A DNA stretch of 64,000 nucleotides from Isurus oxyrinchus (lineage: Eukaryota): assembly GCA_026770705.1 (NCBI GenBank), contig JANJGN010000038.1:12276001-12340000 (forward strand). The letters run 5' to 3'. Made by a program: the position numbers and the translations under genes. Below are positions 52,681 through 62,159 of this stretch, one piece after another. The stretch's first letter is position 1; each line of letters opens with the position of its first letter. Below the pieces are notes generated by a model that saw nothing but the letters and a program-made list of their open reading frames with translations, had not been told where the DNA came from and searched no databases.

Positions 52681-53047
52681 GTTCATCTTGGAATGTGGTA
52701 ACAAATCAGATATATGACACTTTGCCGTCCACATGAACGTAGAGATACTACGAGGACTACAGGGACCCTGGATTCTGATGGGAATAAGACAGACCACAGA
52801 AGATATGGGGAAGAGAACATTTAACTACCAGAGAACAGATACTGACCCTTAATTGTGCTCGGATGTATTGCGCCTTTAACAGTCTTATTTTCAAACTGAG
52901 TGACTGTGAACTAGAATGGAAAACAATGCTTGGCATCGACAAGAAGGGGAAAGGATGGAATCTTGTGTACAGTTGAAGTTGGATTTTGCTGTCCTTAGCG
53001 TCCAAATAATTTAACAATTTCAAGTAGTGGATATTTCACCCCATTCT

Positions 53048-55714
53048 TTAACACCTCTCTGAATTTACTCTGGTCGCTGCATAAATAAACAGGTTTGCGC
53101 AGGAACTCAAAAACTGAAGCATATATGCTTTTTCCTCAAGAATGAATGTTGAAAGATTGATTTCAGAGCTTGATAAGTATTTAACATTTCCAATTTGCAC
53201 ATAGAGGAAAATTATAAAAATTAACAAATATAACAGGATGAAATTTCCCGATATACAGAAGAGTAAAATGATGGACATTGTCCGCTTCTCCATCTCAGGG
53301 TCACGCTGATTGTCTCCATTTCTCCGGGTCTGGAGTCTCCTGCGAGATCTACTGGCTGCGAGAATGTGTCTGACTGTCAGGACATTGAGCAGTAAAATCA
53401 GAATGAATGGGAGACAAGGGGTTAAAATGTGATGAATGCAGTCATAGGCGATCCATGCAAGTGAGGTATAAAATATCACTTTTACATCGCAGAACCAGGG
53501 CACATTGTCAATTATGTACAAAGATTCGTATATAAAATACTGGAAGGTGTTTTTGACACAGCTGATTGTGCAGATTGTCCCTATAACCCATGCCGCCGTT
53601 TTTTTGGAACAACATTTTACTTTCAGCTTCTGGCAACAAATGGCCACAAATCGATCAAAGGTGAAAGCTGTAGTTAACCAGGCAGAGCTGTCTATGGCTG
53701 AATATATTAGGGCTTCACGGAGACTGCATACTGGTGTGATTGACAGGAAACTGAGTGGGAAATAAATACCAGCAGTCCGGTTCAATATCACAGCGGTTAT
53801 AATGAGCAGGAGATCTGACACCGCCAGGGATTGTAAATAATAGGTTATACAGGTGGAGATACCGCATTTCACTCGAGAAAGGATTACAATCACCGCCAGG
53901 TTAGCTGCAATAAAGAGAGAGAGAGAAAGAGAGAAGTTGGAAAGAGACTGAGTTTGTGTATGTGAGTTTGGGAGAGAACGAACACAGGAAGGTTACTGCT
54001 CAAACTATAAACAAATCAACAATTGTATAGGATTCTGCATGAATTTGTACATTTCAGATGTGTTCCCCAGTTGCGCAATTGCAATGGGCAAGTGATTCAG
54101 CTTTGTAAATTGAAATCTTAATTCAATATAGGTCAGGTCAAAGTTATATGAATGTCAAATATTTTAATAAAAACTAATGGAGAACAAAAGACATCGTTAA
54201 CACTGAGAAACCAACGTAGAATTTCTGTATAAGCAAGAAGAAAGTGTACGCATTGCAGGAAATAATGACGAAGGTAAGTAACAAAACAAGCAACAAGAAG
54301 TGTGGAAACTAACAAGGGCACGGATTATATCTCACTGAAGATCAATATAGTTCCTTTCCTATATAATAATTGGCAATAATTATTGAAAATTATTCGTTGT
54401 TGTGAACTTTGGGAATTAGACCTGCTCAAAAATATCGACATACAGCGAGGAGTAAAGGGGCAATGAATTTTTTCTGATCTTCCAGACAGGGTGTTTGCCT
54501 GCATGTGAAGATACATTCTAGCTCCTCACTTATAGTCAACTGGAAGATCGGTGTCGATCTGAACCTTTGGAATTGGCGGAAACCGAAGTCTCCTTCCGAG
54601 TGAGGTCCCTCTTGCAATGCAGCACTGACTCCGTACTGCACTGCACTTTCGGGATCAACTATCAACGTTGTCCTGTAATGGATATTTCAAATCAAAGCAT
54701 TGCGCCTGAGATGCGAAAGATGCAGCCAAGTAGGCAGCCTCATTCAATATGGACAAACAGTGGAGACGGGAAAATGTGGGACATTGCCCGGTGATATCAG
54801 CAGAAGGAAATTCTGGCGTCAACAGTGGTCAAGTCAAAGCGTCAGCAGCAGCTCATGAACAAATTAGTGTTGGAGACTGAGAGCAGAAACACACCTGTGT
54901 GATCGTGGTGCTAATATAGAATATTCATCAAAAGTCTATTATTACATTGCTCATACATCTGTCAAAAACTGGGTGCTCATGATGTCCTTCCATCAAATTC
55001 ATTGGGGGAATATTGAATGTTACATTGCTCTCTATCAATGAAACATTCGTGGGAATTGTTCGATCATTGTCAATGCGAACAGCACAACAGATTTACATTT
55101 GCACCGTGAAAACAGTGTGATAGCTCATCCACAGTTCGACTGTCAATAACAGAAGATGATCCATTTCACAGTGTGTTTAAAGTGTGATCACATAACCACA
55201 GTTCGACTGTCAGTAACAGAAGGTGATCACAGGGTAATATTTTACCATTAACGGCGAGAAATTGCACACTTTGCAGGGTGATATGATAGCACTTAAATTG
55301 TGAAATTTTGTTTTTAACAAGGTTATATTATGCCACTAACAGCGAAGAATTGCACCTTTAATAGCATATTATTAAGCCATTAGCGGTGAGAATTTTAGGC
55401 AAAGGGAACAAATTATATTGTCAAAATTGAGACATTATACCTATAAAGTGGGGAAAATGTTCTTTTAGAGGGGTAAAATATACTTGTTAAAAGAGGGAAA
55501 TTGCCCCATTAATGGGGAGAATTGTACAGATAAAGGGCGGAATGGGAGAATGGGTATAACGTTATGGATATACAATGCTTTTAAAAGGTAGAATTCCTGC
55601 AGACAACCGATTTCCGTATCAAAATACTAATTACAATACTTTACCTGGAACCCCGAGAGCTGCAAGGACTGGATAATAAATGGCAGACAGAAGGTCTTTT
55701 GGTGATCCATGCAT
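53048..55714 (-). CDS. GPR139/GPR142-like class A GPCR, copy E (exon 1 55645-55714; exon 2 53048-53904), 308 aa, C-tail altered by a 1-nt deletion
   Basis: Exon 1 MHGSPKDLLSAIYYPVLAALGVP (G|gtaaag) plus ttgcag|CT AAC CTG gives an uninterrupted frame through seven hydrophobic segments, with LAVSD (TM2), TFDRF (TM3) and SSCANLFIY (TM7). The YYxxLxxxGxP|ANx split across the single intron matches GPR139 gene structure. The ancestral tail QSKFREVLKNGVKYPLLEIVKLFGR* (stop 52995-52997) lies in another frame. Confidence 0.8.
55220..55560. repeat. Degenerate minisatellite (taaaggggagaattgtac-like units) in intron of copy E
   Basis: Recurrent taa..ggggagaa(a)ttg words. Related tracts in the introns of copies B (~19830-19980) and D (~37000-37360). 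Confidence 0.55.
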
Positions 55715-55765
55715 TTCCAACAAATGTTCTGAACGCCTTCTGCACATCACTGAAAGATTGTCACA

Positions 55766-55800
55766 TTTATAACTGATGTGAAGCGCCAGGGAGTTAATTA
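55766..55800 (-). promoter_or_regulatory. Copy E proximal promoter: TAATTA + TCCCTGGCG + TATAAA
   Basis: TATAAA (55771-55766) begins 57 nt upstream of ATG 55714; same spacing as copies B and D. Confidence 0.55.
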
Positions 55801-56599
55801 GGTGGTTTGATATCTTGCATTAAATACATTAATTTTAAATAATAACAGTTCAGCCCAGCTGCTTCAGGACTGACGTTTATGTTTTGGGAGAATAAAAAGT
55901 TTTTTTTTCAATGGGGTTGACACCCAGAGATTGCAGCATGATCACAATATATTTTCTCATAAAAAGATACCGACCTGGATTTTGTGGTCAGGGGTGAATG
56001 AGAGGCCTTTGGCCCTGTTTGCTCTGGAGAATCCCAATTTGACTGATTCACTGGCTGCCGCCAGAATTTAAGCCTTTGGCTGATGCATGGCCCATGGACA
56101 AAATGATCTGTGAAATGTAGCATCGGGGTGACTTCTGACGACGGCCGCCCCTCCTGACGTCACGAGCCTGATTCAAGTTCCCTGCGGTCCCTTTTCAGGC
56201 CAAAGGCAGATGGGTGTTTTGTTATGATTTAAAACACTTCTATGGACTTTAAAAATGTTCAAATTTTTCTAACGCTTTCATATACTTGAAAAGTCCTTTA
56301 AACACTAATGAGTGCTGCACAAGTGAATGTACGCTGTGGTAGAAAATGCCCCGATGCAAGAATTTTCAAACAGGACAGGAAATGTGACACAGGCTGCAGG
56401 ATTGTCATGTGATATTCGATGTTCACATGCTTGTCTAATGTTATAAGTTGCAACGCGAGTTTTTAAAGCAGCCTCAAGATAATTGTACACTTACTCCTTT
56501 GGAAAGTATGCACTGCATCACCTTACTGCAATTCTCTCATAAATTCGGCCACGCTGCCTCTGGCTTTTCGTTTCATAGACTTCCGTTTTCAACAGGATC

Positions 56600-57200
56600 A
56601 AGGAAGTGCAGGACTGGATGCTAAATATTTCTCTGTAAAAGGTATGCAGTAAAGATTGTGCAGGAAGAAAAGGACGGGGGTGACGGTATTGGTTAAGGAG
56701 AGCATTGCAGTGCTGCAGAAAGAGGATGTCCCAGAAGGTTGAAGGATGGAATCAATTTGGCGAGAGCTAAGGGGGGAAAAAATGTGCCATTAAGTGCGAG
56801 GTGTTGTCTACCGTCCACCTGCCAGTAGGAAGGATGTAATGGAACAACTCTGCAGGGTAAACACAGAGGTGCAACCATGAAAGAATAGTAATAATGGGGG
56901 ACTTTAATTACCGGAATATAGACTGGGATACTTGCAGTGTAAAGGACAGAGAAGGGCAAGAGCTCCTCGATTGTGTTCAGGAGAATGTTGTATAGCAGTA
57001 TGTGTCCGGTACAACAAGAAAGGAGGCACTGCTAGACCTGGCTCTTGCAAATGAGGTTAGACAGGTAGATCAAGTATCAGCGGGGAACATCAAGGAGACA
57101 GCGATCATTGTCTCATAAGGTGCAGGGTGACGGTCGAAAAGCATCTTGGAATATCCAGAGTAAGAATAATGAACTGATGCACAGCCGATTTAATGGAACA
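56600..57200 (+). mobile_element. CR1-clade LINE endonuclease-domain fragment
   Basis: gtaataatgggggactttaattac...atagactgg (VIMGDFNY..IDW), acaagaaaggaggcactgctagacctgg (TRKEALLDL) and gacagcgatcat (DSDH). Confidence 0.8.
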
Positions 57201-57672
57201 AGAACCAATCACGGTGCAGTGAAGTGTTGGAAAAATTGTGACATCATTCGCTGCAGGACCAATCGACGAAGGCCATGTTATTGTGAAGTCATACCCTGCT
57301 CGTGCCTGCTGTTTATTAAAAAGAGCGTTTCAATTGAATGAAAAGATGACTTCCGCCCTCATTAAAATAGCCACTCAATTTCAACACTCATTGAACCGTA
57401 ACATATATCGACCGTAATTGATAATTTCCCGCACTGATTCAGCAGCGTGTGATCACGGGCCGTCCACAGCCCCCGCTCAGCGGGGAGGTTTGTTCCGCCT
57501 GTGACCCCTGACTGAGGACTGTGGGCCCGCGGGAGTGAGTTCTTAGCATCTTATTGGGGCCAAGCGTCCACTGAGTCTTTCCGAGCCTGGGAAAGGACAG
57601 AGAAACACAGGAGCACAACGGTGGTGGCTAAAGATAAATGCAGATAACAGTGGAGAGATATCCTGAACGGTA

Positions 57673-57925
57673 AAAGCAAAATACTGCGGATGCTGGAAAT
57701 CTGGAACACAGACAGAAAATGCTGGAAAAACGCAGCACGTCTAACAGCATCTGTGGACAGAAAGGCAGAATTAACGTTTCAAATCCGTATGACTTTTCTT
57801 CAGAGAAGAAAATGACTCTGAAGAAGAGTCATACGGAATCGAAACATTAACTCTCTCTTTTCCTTCGCAGATGCTGTCAGACCTGCTGAGCTTTTATAGC
57901 ATTTTCTGTTGTTTGTTTCAAATGA
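57673..57925. mobile_element. Fold-back Penelope-like terminus with 11-bp TSD (paralogue of 3393-3643)
   Basis: Inverted arms flanked by cctgaacggta at 57662-57672 and 57926-57936. Two opposed CTGAAGA...GAAAC cores at ~57769-57803 (-) and 57818-57852 (+). Confidence 0.8.
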
Positions 57926-58229
57926 CCTGAACGGTAGTGTGGAAGAGGATGGGAGTCATATTGGGAGAGATAAAGGGTTTAAACATTAACTTCACCGATT
58001 AACAAACAGCATTCCGAGTCTTTAAGATGCGTCGGTAATTTTTCCCTGCCTCACACTTCCTACATTCAACAACAAGGAACCTCGCCCGTGAACTCTGGGA
58101 TTTTAGAGAAAATGTTGGAAGATATTAGGTCGTGGAGAGAACTTCTCCTGATATTCCCATGATTGGGAGGCGCTGAAGGAACCACTGAAAAAACAATGAA
58201 GCAGATAGATCAAAACCCCGAGGGTGATA

Positions 58230-58415
58230 AAAGAATAAAACTGCAGATGCTGGAAATCTGAAAGAAACACAGAAAGCTCTGCAGGTCTGATAGCATCTGT
58301 GGAGACAGAAACAAAGTTATAAAATTTCATCAGACAGACTCGAAACGTCAACTCTATTCCTTCTTCCACAGGTGCTGTCCGCCTGCTGAGGTTTAGCAGC
58401 ATTTTCTGTGTTTAC
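58230..58415. mobile_element. Fold-back Penelope-like terminus (paralogue of 3975-4183)
   Basis: Same inverted arms; gactcgaaacgtcaact at ~58337-58353. Confidence 0.7.
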
Positions 58416-59871
58416 GTAACCGTGGGTTGATGTTCATTTAGTTCAGGGAGATTGTATCAGAAGGAATGGAGCAGGGAGCGAGGATCCCTGGGGTTATGCT
58501 CAGTGAGAACAGGGAGATGGTATCAGTAGGAATGAGCTGATCAGGAAACAGTTCACAATCGAAGGAAAAGGGAGAATGACAGGGCTAATGGATTTAAAAG
58601 AAAAGTTGGAAGTGGACAGCCAGTGTGTATTTAGCGGAATGTGGACCGTATATATTCTTAACAGAAAGGCGTTGGTTTGGTGGGGTGCGAGTAATGCCTG
58701 TTTGTGTAGTTAAGAAATACTTCGAAGCCAGTGTCTCAGTATTCGATAGGCCCCAGGATCAAGGAACAAGCCCCATGTTTATGTTTACTTGCTGCATCAT
58801 GTGGAACCCCGTCTTTGGGCATTTTTGCGGTTTTGTCTCCCTGGTATGTGCAATAGACCTAAAGATCTGTAATAATTTACAGGATTTTCACTCGATCATA
58901 TATCAGTGCCAGACACGTTCGAGTCTCTGGAATCGCCCCTTTGTTAATGCTCGCAATTATGCCTGTGTTATATATCTAGCCAGAGGCACCCCTGCCTTCA
59001 AAGTGTTTAATTGGACAATGCAGAGGGATCTTAACTCTCTTATGACCCTGGCTGTACCAACGGTCGGAGTGTTGGCTAGGGCAGTGTAACGGAAGTTTTC
59101 TGATCCAACATCCTGTCATGCGTCAGCCTCTGAAGAAGCCGAACGCTACTATATAAAATTACCTGACATGTGACTGTGACTGCCCAGACTATAAGTCAAA
59201 TCACAGAGGTGGCCCTCCCTGTTCAATCATTCCGCCTCAGGCAATTGCCGGAAACAGGCAGAGGTAAAGGTCCCTTTGCACGGAAGGGGAGATGAGTTGC
59301 TCATTGGGGCCTTCTGGGCAAATAGATCCCAGACAGGACTGGTGAAATAGGGAGAAATGTGTAATAGGGAAAATGGTGGAGTGTCGATGGACCGCAGAAA
59401 AAGGAATTCAGCAAAGCCATAGTTAGTTCACTTTTCATTCCACATTCATTAGCAATTTCAGAGAATATTTTACATGAAAGTTTATTTTATGGTTAACAGA
59501 CGTGAATATAATGCCTGAGCGTCACATTGGGAGCATGCACTCTGATTTGGTAAACCGTATGTACCACGAAAACATAGATCAGAAAGAGAAAACAGCGGCT
59601 CAATGGAAAGGGAAGGGAACAATAGTGAAAATGGAACGAGAAAAGTTAATTAACGACAAATGGAATTCTAAGTCCATGGAAATTAGATGCTCCAATTTCA
59701 TTACGACCATTAACATCTCGCACATTTCAAACAGAAAAACAGAAATTCTGTGGCAGGTTCGGTTACAGATCGGGAATTACAAAGTGAGAACATTTCACTT
59801 TTACAGTGACCAAGAGAACATATTTTAAATTGGAATTAAAGGAAAAGCTACGGGGTCCGAAATTCAACCGA

Positions 59872-59880
59872 TCACTTGAT
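59872..59880 (-). other. Ig heavy-chain TM2 micro-exon (coding part), cassette 3: ATC AAG TGA = IK*
   Basis: Acceptor ttctccctcttttacag. AATAAA on the minus strand at 59481-59486 (homologue at 5165-5170). Confidence 0.75.
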
Positions 59881-60020
59881 CTGTAAAAGAGGGAGAATAT
59901 AATGAAGCAGATGTTTATGATCTGGTGCATTTATGTTATAGATCTTAATCGTTGAAACATTAAGAAAGTTTTCAAACCGCTTCTGTCAGATTGTCGTGTT
60001 AGTAAATTCAATTTTCTCAC

Positions 60021-60148
60021 ATTCACTAGAGTGACGGCAGTTCTGTAGAAAATGCTCAGGACGAACAGGGCAATGGATATGGAAGCTGTTGTGCAGACGT
60101 TCCCGTTATCGTCCTCATTGTCTTCAATCCACACGCGTTCTGTGGAAT
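60021..60148 (-). other. Ig heavy-chain membrane exon TM1 (mu-like), cassette 3
   Basis: 128 nt, ctgtag|AT...AAT|gtgaga. Reads (D)STERVWIEDNEDDNGNVCTTASISIALFVLSIFYRTAVTLVN. Confidence 0.88.
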
Positions 60149-60984
60149 CTACAGGAATATAACCGAGGAAATTTAATTAAATTGTTAGAATCCGAGGGCA
60201 TCTTACTTTTTAAAATATATATTAAATCTATTGTATTTCCCTCAAACTATTGATTTGTCTTCTCATTAAATTTTCAGTGCATATCTGGTAATAAATTGGC
60301 GACTCTCAGCAATCTCTGCCTGTCACTAACCCCACAGCTGTTCTCACTTTACTTTCCTCATCCTGCCCGTATTGGAAAAAAATTGTCTTTTCCCCCTACG
60401 GTACCAGTTCATTTTGGATCAATTTCGTGCGGCCTATCATTGGATTATATTATGCAGTAAATTGCAGGACGTTAAATAATTGATAACATTTATTTTAATG
60501 GTAGGTACTGATCTCTATTAATTCTGAGATTCTGAACACTGTAAATTTTCAACTTGTTTGTTTATTTGTGGTAGTAATGTTTGGCACATAGTTAACTTAA
60601 ATCAGTTTATAATTCAGAACATTGCTTCAGTGTGTTTCCTGGGTCTTTATGTGCTCCCAGAAATTTTTGGAAGATGTGCCCGCTAACAAAGGACACTTGA
60701 AATAGACTTCCGTCTGGCATTTGTTTTTTTTTTAAATATATATTTGCGTATAGCGTGCAGGGGTGTCTCGTGCTCTGCATTTAACTGTGTTTGTGTACCA
60801 TGTTGTATGAATGCTGATGTGTGTGTTGATGTGGAATGAATGTTGATATGCTTATTTATGTGTGGCGCACCTGTGTATGTTTGCTTGTTCATTTGTAAAT
60901 GTTTGTGTATCAGTGTGCCTGTTTATGCATTGATGTTTATGTTCACTTATTAATGCCTGTGTCAAAGAGTTTGTTTACGTCCAT

Positions 60985-62150
60985 AAAAGCAAAATACTGT
61001 GGATGCTGTAAATCTGAAACAAAAACAAGAATAGCTGCAAAAACTCAGCAGGTCTGACATCATCTGCGGAGGGGAATAGAGTTAATGTTACGAGTCCAGA
61101 TGACTCTTCATCAGAACTGAGGAAAAATAGAAATGAGGTGAAATATAAGCTGGTTGAGGGGGGTGGGATAGGTAGAGCTGGATAGAGGGCCCATGATAGG
61201 TGGCGGCAAAGAAGAGATTTCCAATGATGTCAACGAGTAAAGGATAAAGGGGTGTTGATGGTGGAAATGTGATGGGGTTGCGGTGGGGGGAAGAGACCGA
61301 AATAGGCTAAAAGATGAAGAAAAAATGAATGGAAATAAATTTAAAAATAATTGAAATAGGTGGGAAAAGGAAAATATATTTAAAAAATCATATTTTAAAA
61401 ATTATAAATTTTTGGAAATAGGGGATCGGAAAGGGGGTGGGGATGGAGGAGAAAATTGATGATCTGAAGTTGTTGAAATCAATGTTAAGTCTGGAAGTCG
61501 GTAAAGTGCCTAATCAGAAGATGAGGTGCTGTTCCACCCGTTTGCGTTGACCTTCCCAGAACATTGCAGCAGGCCAAGGACGGACATGTGGGCATGAAAG
61601 CAGGGTGGTGTGTTGAAATGGCAAGTGACCAGGAGGTCTGAGTCATGCTTGCGGACAGACTGGTGTCTGCGTATAGTCCAATATTTGCAATACTTTATAA
61701 TTTAAAAAAATATTTTTGAATATGTTTTTCTTTTTCCACCTAATTCTAATATTTTTTATTTAATTTCCACTCATTGTTTTACCTCCACCTTTTAGCCTAT
61801 TTCGATCCCTTCTCCCCACCACAGTCCCACGGAGGCTATCTGTCACTTGCTCGTCCTGCTTTCTACCCTTAATAGCACCATTAGCATGTTCCTTTGCTAA
61901 CATCACCACCGTTAACATTCATTTGTCCTTTTGCCTATGACATCTTTGTCAATCTCTTCTTTGCCTCCACCTATCACTGGCCCTCTATCCAGCTCTACCT
62001 GTCCCAACCCCTTCAACCAGTTTATATTTCACCTCATTTCTATTTTTCCTTAATTCTGATGAAGATTCATGCGGACTCGAAACGTTAACTGTGATCTTCT
62101 CCGCAGATGCTGTCAGACCTGTGGAGTTTTCCAGCTATTTTTGCGTTTGT
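60985..62150. mobile_element. Penelope-like family 1 insertion: 3' end on minus strand (60985-61670) plus inverted copy of the terminus (61680-62150)
   Basis: Minus strand HMSVLGLLQC...EQHLIF*LGTL (Penelope C-terminal motif). The two arms are reverse complements, e.g. ggtagagctggatagagggcc vs ggccctctatccagctctacc. Confidence 0.8.
62052..62090 (+). ncRNA. Minimal type I hammerhead ribozyme-like motif in Penelope terminus
   Basis: AATT-CTGATGA-A-GATTC-ATGCG-GACTC-GAAAC-GTT-AACT. The inverted partner at 61080-61118 reads AGTT-CTGATGA-A-GAGTC-ATCTG-GACTC-GTAAC-ATT-AACT. Confidence 0.6.
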
Positions 62151-62159
62151 TTCCGTCCT

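Noticed and set aside
53048-55714. Assigning the symbol GPR139 to copy E
   Set aside because: Similarity is at family level and the gene is one of many paralogues; orthology cannot be established by eye.
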